Shown here: piece after piece, positions 18,661-27,135 of the stretch | Layout: each line of letters opens with the position of its first letter | How positions within the stretch are numbered: position 1 is the first letter of the stretch | Sequence record: NC_042116.1 | Direction: 5' to 3' (one strand) | DNA: 64,000 nt | Notes under the pieces: model-generated | Told to the model about the DNA's origin: nothing | Databases searched by the model: none | What the model saw: only the letters and a program-made list of their open reading frames with translations | Position numbers and translations under genes: made by a program

Positions 18661-18776
18661 GCCTAATTAAATTCACCAGGCGTACTATGGTGTGACAAGA
18701 TAGCATGTTATCACGTCAGAATAGAATACGTATTAGTCCCTTGAAAGGACTTCTGTAAACTCAATTTATAATATTT

Positions 18777-18830
18777 TAGAATCTAACAGCAATCAAAAAT
18801 CATTGGATATATGAAAAAAGATAGATTCTA
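18777..18830 (+). ncRNA. minimal Y-like RNA (near duplicate of 17908-17961)
   Basis: TAGAATCTA/TAGATTCTA, ACAGCAA, TCAT-TGGATAT-ATGA. Confidence 0.75.
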
Positions 18831-18854
18831 GCTTTAATTGAATAAAACTAAATT

Positions 18855-18916
18855 TGGAATCCAGCAGCAACCATAAATGAAATCAACTGTTAATTGAAAA
18901 ATCAAAATGGATTCCA
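18855..18916 (+). ncRNA. minimal Y-like RNA displaying an Asn(GUU) anticodon stem-loop
   Basis: TGGAATCC/GGATTCCA, AGCAGCAA, TCAA-CTGTTAA-TTGA (18883-18897). Confidence 0.8.
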
Positions 18917-18936
18917 GTATTTTTAATATACATTGA

Positions 18937-19443
18937 ATGGACTCAATGAAAAAAGATATAGATAATAGTAAAGTTATTTCTATGATAGAACAAGGTCGTT
19001 CTGTTAGAGATATAGCTAAAGAGTGTAATGTCGCTTATTCAACAATGAACAAGTATTTCAAAAATAATAATTTGAAATCACAATATATGATCCAATTAGA
19101 ATCACCTATATGTTTTAAACATAATGTTGAGTTTACTAAACGTAATAATTCTAATAAGAGAATATGTTGGAAATGCAATGCTGAAAATGTGTCGAAACAT
19201 AGAAAAAAATTGAAAATAAAATCAGTAGAATATCTTGGTGGTAAATGTGAACGTTGTGGATATAATAAATCAATGTCAGCATTAGAGTTTCATCATAAAG
19301 ATCCTAGTGAGAAAGATTTTGAAATTTCAGCGAAAGGTATTACACGTTCTTGGCAAAAGATACAAATTGAGCTTGATAAATGTATGTTGTTATGTTCAAA
19401 TTGTCATCGTGAAATTCATGATGAACTTAATTTAGAAAATTAA
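18937..19443 (+). CDS. HNH endonuclease with N-terminal HTH
   Basis: GRSVRDIAKECNVAYSTM HTH; GGKCERCGY...LEFHH...LLCSNCHREIH. Confidence 0.88.
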   Translation: MDSMKKDIDNSKVISMIEQGRSVRDIAKECNVAYSTMNKYFKNNNLKSQYMIQLESPICFKHNVEFTKRNNSNKRICWKCNAENVSKHRKKLKIKSVEYLGGKCERCGYNKSMSALEFHHKDPSEKDFEISAKGITRSWQKIQIELDKCMLLCSNCHREIHDELNLEN

Positions 19444-19451
19444 GAAAAAAG

Positions 19452-19481
19452 TTGAAACGCCACAAGAAATTGTGGTATAAT
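19452..19481 (+). promoter_or_regulatory. RNA-gene promoter class
   Basis: TTGAAAC-N14-TGGTATAAT upstream of tRNA-Asn. Confidence 0.8.
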
Positions 19482-19504
19482 ATAAGTAAGAAAAACAAAT
19501 AGTT

Positions 19505-19581
19505 GGTCACATAGCACAATTGGTTAGTGCGTTCGCCTGTTAAGTGAGAGGTTATAGGTTCAAGTCCTATTGTGACCGCAA
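19505..19581 (+). tRNA. tRNA-Asn(GUU), 3' end CAA
   Basis: GGTCACA/TGTGACC-G; TTCGC-CTGTTAA-GTGAG. Confidence 0.92.
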
Positions 19582-19626
19582 AGTAATGTTTGGGCGGTTT
19601 AATAATACATAAATCCAAACATTATA

Positions 19627-19669
19627 AAGAATCTTTCAGCATTAACACGGTGAAAATATATAGATTCTT
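19627..19669 (+). ncRNA. shortest Y-like family member
   Basis: AAGAATCT/AGATTCTT, TTCAGCAT, GGTGAAAA loop. Confidence 0.55.
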
Positions 19670-19673
19670 GATT

Positions 19674-19749
19674 AGGCTCATGGTGTAATTGGTTAACACA
19701 CGAGATTTTGATTCTCGCGTTCAGGGTTCGAGTCCTTGTGGGCCTGCTA
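19674..19749 (+). tRNA. tRNA-Gln(UUG), 3' end CTA
   Basis: AGGCTCA/TGGGCCT-G; CGAGA-TTTTGAT-TCTCG. Confidence 0.9.
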
Positions 19750-19765
19750 ATTTAAAAGGTTAATT

Positions 19766-19996
19766 ATGTTCGAAGATGATGAAGTACAATTAGTACCATT
19801 TTTAGTACAGGGTAAATTGAGAAAATCTGAATATATGGTTGATGAACCAACATATCGTGATATTCAAAATCTGGTAATGGCTTCCTCTGAAGAAGAAGCT
19901 GAAGATAAGTTTATTAAACATTATGAAAGTAAATCAAGTTCATATGATGTTGATTATTCAGTTGTCAATGTAGTAGTTAACAAAACCCTAATTTAA
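19766..19996 (+). CDS. hypothetical protein
   Basis: AAGG RBS; ORF track. Confidence 0.75.
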   Translation: MFEDDEVQLVPFLVQGKLRKSEYMVDEPTYRDIQNLVMASSEEEAEDKFIKHYESKSSSYDVDYSVVNVVVNKTLI

Positions 19997-20137
19997 AGTT
20001 TTCATTTCCTTGGTGAAAACAAGCTTGTATGATTCCCCCAGCTTGTAAAATTATATGACGGGAACCGCGTTGCACCTGTACAGGTCAGATTGTAAAGATC
20101 AAGTATGTACAGTACTGAGAGCGGCAGTACGAAAAAT

Positions 20138-20222
20138 GCGGGATTAGCTCAGTGGTAGAGCACTTGCCTTCCAAGCAAGAGGCGAATAGGTTCCATCGGT
20201 TCGAATCCGATATTCCGCTCAA
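20138..20222 (+). tRNA. tRNA-Gly(UCC) with abnormal 15-nt variable region, 3' end CAA
   Basis: GCGGGAT/ATTCCGC-T; CTTGC-CTTCCAA-GCAAG; variable AGGCGAATAGGTTCC. Confidence 0.85.
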
Positions 20223-20338
20223 ATTAAACAAACAATAAGGTAAATCCTATGATGCTATAGAAAAACAGTACTGGTCCTCCTGATAACTTTAATTCAGAAC
20301 AAAACACTAAATTAAATATTATCCAAAAGGAACATACC

Positions 20339-20665
20339 ATGTTAAACAAAGAACAATATATTACTGTAAAAAATACTTGGAAATTAGAAAAAGAGCATAA
20401 CATTTTCGACCATGTGGTTTATAATGTTATTCGTGGCCTACCATCAGATAATGGGTTTGCACCAATTACTGATAAAGGAAAACTTCAAGCAAATAATAAC
20501 GACCCGTATAATATGTACAACTATGCAGTTCTTGAATTGCATTATGAGTTGAATGAAAAACGATACAATTATGAAAAAACAGTACAACATTATTCTAAAC
20601 TATTTGGCATTGAATTTACACCTGAACTTATCGAAGTAGTACTTACTTTGATTAAAGTTAAATAA
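20339..20665 (+). CDS. hypothetical protein
   Basis: AAGGA RBS; ORF track. Confidence 0.75.
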   Translation: MLNKEQYITVKNTWKLEKEHNIFDHVVYNVIRGLPSDNGFAPITDKGKLQANNNDPYNMYNYAVLELHYELNEKRYNYEKTVQHYSKLFGIEFTPELIEVVLTLIKVK

Positions 20666-20673
20666 CAGAATTA

Positions 20674-20737
20674 AAGAATCCAACAGCACCCATAAATGAA
20701 ATCAACTGTTAATTGAAAAATTCAAAAATGGATTCTT
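20674..20737 (+). ncRNA. minimal Y-like RNA with Asn(GUU) stem-loop (copy of 18855)
   Basis: AAGAATCCA/TGGATTCTT (compensatory change vs 18855), ACAGCAC, TCAA-CTGTTAA-TTGA. Confidence 0.8.
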
Positions 20738-20845
20738 GTTTTTATTTGGAAGTCTCATGAAAGATAATTTTTATGAAGATTTAAGATTTAGATATATTGA
20801 AGTACATGAATTTGACGTTATAGCACTGAACGTGCTATAATAGCT

Positions 20846-20922
20846 GGAGCCGTAGTTCAGTTGGTTAGAACGCTTGCCTGTCACGCAAGAGGCCGTGGGT
20901 TCAAGTCCCATCGGTTCCGCAA
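20846..20922 (+). tRNA. tRNA-Asp(GUC), 3' end CAA
   Basis: GGAGCCG/CGGTTCC-G; CTTGC-CTGTCAC-GCAAG. Confidence 0.93.
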
Positions 20923-20936
20923 AAATAAGGAAAGAT

Positions 20937-21197
20937 ATGAATAAGAAAGCTAAAAAACGTATTTTTAATACTGTGATAGAAACATCATCAGAACATTGTA
21001 AGTACAATTACTGGTATCATAATCTTCTTAGAAAAACAATTTTACTTATGTCTAGAGGAAAGTACCGTAGAACTGAAAAGGATATTGTACAACTACTTAC
21101 TAGAAATCATGGTAAAGAAAGATATAATCCTACACCAGAAGAACACTCTGAATGGGTTCGATTAGAACAAAGTGTTGGTTTGATGTGTGGTAAATAA
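20937..21197 (+). CDS. basic hypothetical protein
   Basis: AAGGA RBS before ATG20937; the longer ORF-track start runs through tRNA-Asp. Confidence 0.65.
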   Translation: MNKKAKKRIFNTVIETSSEHCKYNYWYHNLLRKTILLMSRGKYRRTEKDIVQLLTRNHGKERYNPTPEEHSEWVRLEQSVGLMCGK

Positions 21198-21200
21198 ATT

Positions 21201-21677
21201 GGTAATAAAGAGTGTAAGGGTTAGTACTTGGTATCATATTCCCCCTCTACCTTCTTCCCCCATTATTTGGGTTCTAGTCGTAGACACAATGTAGTACTTT
21301 ATTACCCGCGAATTAATATTTTATTGTGGGGTGGTAAGAGTAAGATACCGATTCAAACAAGGGTCAGAAAGATCCACTTAACCCGTTTTGAAACAATAAA
21401 ATATCCCGAAAGGGTGACGATGTGAATAGTGCATATCCTTGTAGTATGGGACAGTACTACATTTTTATAAATAAATTGGAATAGAGCATGAGACTGCCCT
21501 CACTATTCGACGCTTTAAGTAGCTTGCAGACGTTTACTGTACGTAATAAATATGATAGTAGGTTGCAATTCATATTGTTGTACTGTATCATGCAACCACT
21601 TTGGATAAAGGTCAAGAAACTAGATTCTCTTTATCGACGCTTTAAGTAGCTTTCTAGAGAGTACTTTCGGGTACTCA
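21201..21677 (+). ncRNA. candidate large structured RNA(s) with a duplicated 19-nt motif
   Basis: Long-range helices GGTAATAAAG/CTTTATTACC, ATGTAGTACT/AGTACTACAT, GGTATC/GATACC; CCC-GAAA-GGG; TCGACGCTTTAAGTAGCTT at 21507 and 21634; GAGTACT-TTCG-GGTACTC. Confidence 0.55.
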
Positions 21678-21696
21678 CCCAAATAAAATAAAACAT

Positions 21697-21772
21697 GTTC
21701 TTATAGCTCAATTGGATAGAGTTGCCGCCTACGAAGCGGTCGATATAGGTTCAAATCCTTTTAGGAACACAA
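21697..21772 (+). tRNA. tRNA-Arg(ACG), 3' end CAA
   Basis: GTTCTTA/TAGGAAC; GCCGC-CTACGAA-GCGGT. Confidence 0.88.
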
Positions 21773-21789
21773 AATTAAGGTAATTAAAG

Positions 21790-23173
21790 ATGAAATCACT
21801 AGTAGCTATGGTAAAAGACAAAAAAGTCTATTTTAGCCATTATCAAAACAACGAGTTATGGTACAGTACTGAATGCGGATTTATGTTTCCGGTTCCCGTA
21901 GCTGATACTGGTAACGCAGAATTTAAACAAGAAGATAAAGCCACTTTCTTCATGCGTTGGATTCGCAAACATCTTGAAATGATCGAGAATGAGCGAGTTC
22001 AGTTTGAATGAGAGAACCAATGTCTGATGAGAACTGGAAAGAAGTACATACTATAATTAACAATTACATAACCAACGGTGAAAATACCGTTTATGGATAT
22101 GTAACGTATGATTACTTTCCAAAGTACTGTTATATGATGGCAACTGGCTTTAGTTTTACAAATGAATACGTTCATTTTAACGGAAGCCGCCGCATTATAG
22201 ATCAAGTACTGTCAGAAGAATCTTTCTTTCAACAAAGTACAATCTATGATTTTTATGACTTAACACTCGAAGAAATCATAGCATTAAAAGAAATCTATAA
22301 ATTCATGCTAGGGGATTTTCCGTGAGGAAAATCCTTTTTTCGTTTCTGGAGTTCATGTTGAACGATATTAATACATTACTTAGACAATGCATAAAAATTA
22401 TCAAATCGTTTGACCATCCTATCACACGTGATGAAATTCAAATGTATGGTCTTGATAATTATATTCGAAATTTAAGAATTACTATGTATAACACCAGTAC
22501 TGATGTGTTATTTGATTTTGGTAGATATACACATGATAAAAAGTTTAATCATATTGGAATAATAAAAGTATCTAGTGAAATATTATGGTACATTTATTTT
22601 GGTGGAAATATAAGATTCAAAACTAATCTTACTGAAGAAGAAATATTTCAACAAAGTACTATTAATAATTATTATGATTTAGAGCCGGATATTGCAAAAA
22701 ATATATCAGAATTGATTTCATTATTAGAACACTTATGGAAATAAATTATGAAAGTTTTTGAAACATGTTTTTTATATGCAAGTACGGGTCTTGCAGCTAA
22801 AATTATTAGAAGTAAATACGACGATAAAATTCTGTTCTCTTATAAAGTACTATTAGATTTTGATTCTTCAATACAACAAAATGTATGTATATTCATAGTT
22901 ATTGTATACGTTGAAGATGAGACTTTTATTTTTGCATTTGGTATATCTGAAGATTATCCTGATATTGGAATTTCAGTTATGAAAGTACAAGGTAATAAAA
23001 CATTACATTTAAGTGATGTATGCAACGTAGAAGATTTGGAAGCACGTTTGTTCCAAATAGAAACTATTGTAGATGTGCATGATTTAGATACTACTATGAT
23101 AGATAAAATGCATAAGATTCGTGAAATATATTTGAAGCAAAAAGATGAAACAGTACTGAATAATATGGTATAA
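21790..23173 (+). CDS. hypothetical 21790-22011 plus three EExxFQxxT-family paralogs (22008-22325, 22322-22744, 22748-23173)
   Basis: LSEESFFQQSTIYD, LTEEEIFQQSTINN, LEARLFQIETIVD. Confidence 0.78.
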
Positions 23174-23174
23174 T
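23145..23174 (+). promoter_or_regulatory. RNA-gene promoter class
   Basis: ATGAAAC-N14-TGGTATAAT upstream of Pro-Pro-Val tRNA cluster. Confidence 0.8.
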
Positions 23175-23195
23175 ATCAGTACTTTAGAAACAAAT

Positions 23196-23272
23196 CTCCG
23201 ATTAGCTTAGTCTGGTTAAAGTGTTCCGTTTGGGGCGGAAAAACGAACGTTCGAATCGTTCATTGGAGACAA
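23196..23272 (+). tRNA. tRNA-Pro(UGG), 3' end CAA
   Basis: CTCCGAT/ATTGGAG; TTCCG-TTTGGGG-CGGAA. Confidence 0.9.
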
Positions 23273-23274
23273 AA

Positions 23275-23351
23275 CTGTGCGTAGCTCAGCTTGATAGAGT
23301 AGGTTCCTTGGATGAATCGGGTCAGTGGTTTGAATCCACTCGCACAGACCA
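23275..23351 (+). tRNA. second tRNA-Pro(UGG)
   Basis: CTGTGCG/CGCACAG-A-CCA; GGTTC-CTTGGAT-GAATC. Confidence 0.85.
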
Positions 23352-23354
23352 ATT

Positions 23355-23431
23355 CCTTGTTTAACTCAGTTGGTTAGAGTGCCATCTTTACACGGTGGAA
23401 GTCACTAGTTCGAATCTAGTAACAAGGACAA
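23355..23431 (+). tRNA. tRNA-Val(UAC), 3' end CAA
   Basis: CCTTGTT/AACAAGG; CCATC-TTTACAC-GGTGG. Confidence 0.9.
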
Positions 23432-23449
23432 ATAATATAGGAAAGTACT

Positions 23450-24952
23450 ATGAAACGCAATAGACAAATGATATTAAGTACTGATTCAGTAACTGACGTT
23501 AAAGTTACTAAAATCAAAAATAAGTACCATGCACGACTATTCGTTAATGGTATCTTATCTGATGAAATGGCATGTTCCTTACGTTCAGATATTGGTTGGA
23601 TTTGTCGAGAAATGATGCGTTGGTGTGATAAGTTAGGTGCAGGTAATGCACATACTACATCAGCTCGACGCCGACATAATGAAGACTGTTCTCCACGTGT
23701 TAAAGTACTTTATTATAATGAGATTAAAAATAACATTGAAAAACACAAGGTTAATAAAAATGTTTAAAGAGAGTGTTCTAGAAATAGTTCTTAATGATAT
23801 TATTTCTGAAGTAAAATTGAAAGACTCAATGAAGCATGATTATGAAATGCAATATGCCCGTCTAATCACTGAACTAACTACAATGATAGACCCTAATACG
23901 GGAATGGAACCTTGTATCACCATTAATGAAAAAATCTTTGGTGATACACGTGGTAGTGGTTTTAGAATGACTTCATCTAAGATTTATACTTGGAAAGGAA
24001 TTGCTGACACTTCATCAATAACTGTACATTTCAATAAAGGTTATAAACAAGAACTTTTAGATTTTGGATATACCGAAGAAGAAGTTATGTACTTAGAGAA
24101 AATTTTAGAAGTAATTAAAGAACATGAAAGTGAGTTTTAAATGCTAACTGACATAGAATTAGATTATCTTCAACGTATGGTTGATGTTGAATTTGATTTT
24201 GACTCATGTGGATATGGGCAATACGGTGGTGGTTGTAGCTTTAACACTGAAATTGATAATTTATATTATAATTTATATTATTGTCATACTGGATTTCAAA
24301 TAACAATAAGCAATATAGAAAGAACAAGTAGATTAGCCATAAGATTAAATGATGTAGCTGGATGGGATGTTGAAAATAAAAAAGTTCTATACAGAAATAA
24401 AGTCTATTCAACATCATGTGGTTGTATTATTTTGGATAAAGATGAAATACCAGAAGAAACTTATAATCTAGTACAAAAAGTACTGAATAAGTTAGAAACA
24501 CATAAAGATACATGGAAGAAGTATTATAAAGATGAATAATATTCAAAAACATAAGGCCAAGAATAATGGAAAATTATCTTCCTAAATCCGAATTAATAGT
24601 TGGAAGAACTTATAGTGGTTCATGTCGTAATTCTGATACGGCTGTCTGGACTGGTACACAGTTTACTTATGAACGAGAAAAATTTGGTTCAACCTATAAT
24701 GATAGTGTTAATCATCCAGAAGATGATGATAACTATGATTTGTTTTATCCCACAGAACTTTTGAAAGAAACATATCTACCTAAGTATAAATTAGTAATAG
24801 GTGCATGGTATCACGGATATGGTTGCTCATCAGAAGCAATGTGGATTGGTAATATGTTTATGTATAATTATGGAAATACTGAAAAAGAAGCAAAACATGT
24901 TGATGATAGTACTGAAAATTGCTTCATTCCGTACAGAAAAATAGATACTTAA
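23450..24952 (+). CDS. hypothetical proteins (23450-23767, 23760-24140, 24141-24539, 24566-24952)
   Basis: Packed ORFs with overlapping stop/start. Confidence 0.75.
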
Positions 24953-24960
24953 AATCAGTG

Positions 24961-25037
24961 GTGGCTATGAGCGTAATTGGTTAACGTTCCTTCCTGTGAA
25001 GAAGATGATGTGGAATCGTACTCCACTAGCCACACCA
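24961..25037 (+). tRNA. tRNA-His(GUG), non-canonical (A73, T loop ATCGTAC)
   Basis: G-1 at 24960; GTGGCTA/TAGCCAC-A-CCA; CTTC-CTGTGAA-GAAG. Confidence 0.75.
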
Positions 25038-25054
25038 ACAATAGGAGTACTATC

Positions 25055-25321
25055 ATGTGCGTAGAAAAAATCCTCAGTAAGATGAGACAAAATAAGAGAG
25101 ATTGGTCAATGCCGAAATTGCTGACAGTAGCAAACAAACTTAATATACCATATTCGAATTATAAATCAAGTCATTACATATTCAAGTATGATGGTATAAC
25201 TGAAAACCTGAGTATCCCCGAAAACAAAAAAGATATTCATCCAGACTATATCACAAAATTCCTTAGATTTGTTGATAGAGTTCAGGAATTACAAATAGCA
25301 AAAGGGTCTGTAGCTCAGTAG
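25055..25321 (+). CDS. HicA-like (dsRBD-fold) toxin/RNase homolog, no adjacent HicB
   Basis: GGAG RBS, ATG25055; K+L..+....SSHYIFK...LSIPENKKDIHPDYI matches HicA pattern (GSH...+S+P....+.P.Y+). Confidence 0.6.
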   Translation: MCVEKILSKMRQNKRDWSMPKLLTVANKLNIPYSNYKSSHYIFKYDGITENLSIPENKKDIHPDYITKFLRFVDRVQELQIAKGSVAQ

Positions 25322-25381
25322 GTTTAGAGCGTTGGTTTGAAACACCAAAGGTCGAGGGTTCGATTCCCTCTGGACCCACCA
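25304..25381 (+). tRNA. tRNA-Phe(GAA)
   Basis: GGGTCTG/TGGACCC-A-CCA; TTGGT-TTGAAAC-ACCAA. Confidence 0.9.
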
Positions 25382-25451
25382 TAAATTTTTTGACAGCAAT
25401 CGTTTCATGTGATAGAATGTTTACACAATTTATTCAATAGGAATATATTTC

Positions 25452-26284
25452 ATGGCATTACAAATTAAAGCAACAATTGAGTTTATCAAATCTAATTTAA
25501 TTGATAATACCCGTACAGTAGAAAGTGTATCAATTACTGGAACTAGTAAAAAAGAATTACAATATGAAATTTCAAATATTATTGATTCATGGACTAGTAC
25601 TGAATTTGATGATTTAGGTAAGATGACATATCAATGTTATCTAAAAACTGTAAATTATTATGATATTAATATTGCACCAGTTATTGACAGTAATTTAAGC
25701 ATGATGACAAGTACTGAAATTCTTAATTACATTTCAACTCATGTTATAAATATTTCAAAAGATGAACGGTTGTGGGTCAATTCTGAAGGTAATATTCTTG
25801 ATATTACACATCGCGTCAAAATTGAAAATAAATTTTATGATGGTATGACATTAGCTGATGCTATTGTTACTCATATTAATAGTTGATATGAATTTCTTAC
25901 GAAGACTATTTTGTGGGCATTATATAAGTATGGAAGTATGTAAAATACATTATCATGCTTCCAGTACTGAATTGGTTTATACTAAAATATGTAAAAAATG
26001 TGGTAAAAATCTTGGTGTAACCAAAGTAAAAAACATTGACAACAACAGAAGTGAGTGATATAATGTCAATCAATAAATCATTAAGAGACTTTATTCTCTC
26101 ATCTGGAAATCTCAACGATGGATTTATACAACGTGGTAAAATTCATGGTAAAAATGTTAGAAGTATTTTAGATGAAGCGGCTAAATCAGGAAGTACTCAT
26201 TTAAGTGGTTCAAAAGAAGAAAGATTATCGCAGTTAAGAAAACTTCGAAATGATGATCTTAACAACAACGGAAATAGCAGATAA
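25452..26284 (+). CDS. hypothetical proteins (25452-25886, ~25888-26058 Cys-containing, ~26036-26284)
   Basis: ORF track. Confidence 0.65.
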
Positions 26285-26344
26285 ACTTTTAAAAATGTTC
26301 GAAGATCTTGGTGAAAACAAGATATAAAACAATGGCAATTAGAA

Positions 26345-26422
26345 GGGGTGTTAGCTCAGTAGGTTTAGAGCAGTTGACTTTTAATCAATTGGTCGTGGGT
26401 TCGATTCCCGCACACCTCACAA
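26345..26422 (+). tRNA. tRNA-Lys(UUU), 3' end CAA
   Basis: GGGGTGT/ACACCTC; GTTGA-CTTTTAA-TCAAT. Confidence 0.92.
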
Positions 26423-26471
26423 ATATAACAATATAATTGAATGTGGTATTAATTATAAAGGATAATTTTTT

Positions 26472-27008
26472 ATGTTCAGTACTGAAATGATCTCCACCAG
26501 TATAAGTTTCTCTTCACTCGTTGGTATAAGTGGTGAATTTCCACGTGGTCGTGGTAATTATATTAGCACACGTAATGATAGTACTGGTGAAAACTTTTCT
26601 ATTATTAATCTAAGTTATGAAGATTTGGAAGATGCAAAAAAATTAGGTATCATTGGTGATACTATGCAAGCTGAAGTATATGGTGAAGGTACTGATAAAG
26701 TTGCTTTCATTATTGATGAACGTTTCCCTACAATTTGTCTTACACCAGAATGGTGGTACGGTAGCCGTCATCAATACAAAATACAAATACTTCGTCGTAA
26801 GTATGGCGTTCCTGATGGAGTATGTTTATGTGAATTTGTTCCTTCACGGAACTCAGCAATTCATATAAACCATTATGGATATTCACAAATACCAGGTTTT
26901 ATTGTTAAAGATGGTACTTGTACTGAATGTGGTAATTCTTCTCGGTCAGTAGATATTGATCGTCGTCCTTCACTAGTAGGAAAAATTGTTACAGTAAAAG
27001 GTGCATAA
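26472..27008 (+). CDS. hypothetical protein with Cys cluster
   Basis: AAGGA RBS; CLC...CTECG. Confidence 0.75.
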   Translation: MFSTEMISTSISFSSLVGISGEFPRGRGNYISTRNDSTGENFSIINLSYEDLEDAKKLGIIGDTMQAEVYGEGTDKVAFIIDERFPTICLTPEWWYGSRHQYKIQILRRKYGVPDGVCLCEFVPSRNSAIHINHYGYSQIPGFIVKDGTCTECGNSSRSVDIDRRPSLVGKIVTVKGA

Positions 27009-27135
27009 TGAAACCAGAACAATGGGTTATTGATGATATGCGACGAATGCGTTCTATAAAAGAACGTACTGAAATAGAACAATCATATTTGGAATTACTT
27101 CAATGGTACTGTTCAGTACTTAATGGAAAAGATAA

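Noticed and set aside
8383-21425. ORFs running through RNA elements (8383-8634, 16087-16278, 21228-21425, 15366-15581 minus, 17959-18372 minus)
   Set aside because: Explained by the higher GC of structured RNAs; no RBS; would overlap clear cloverleaves
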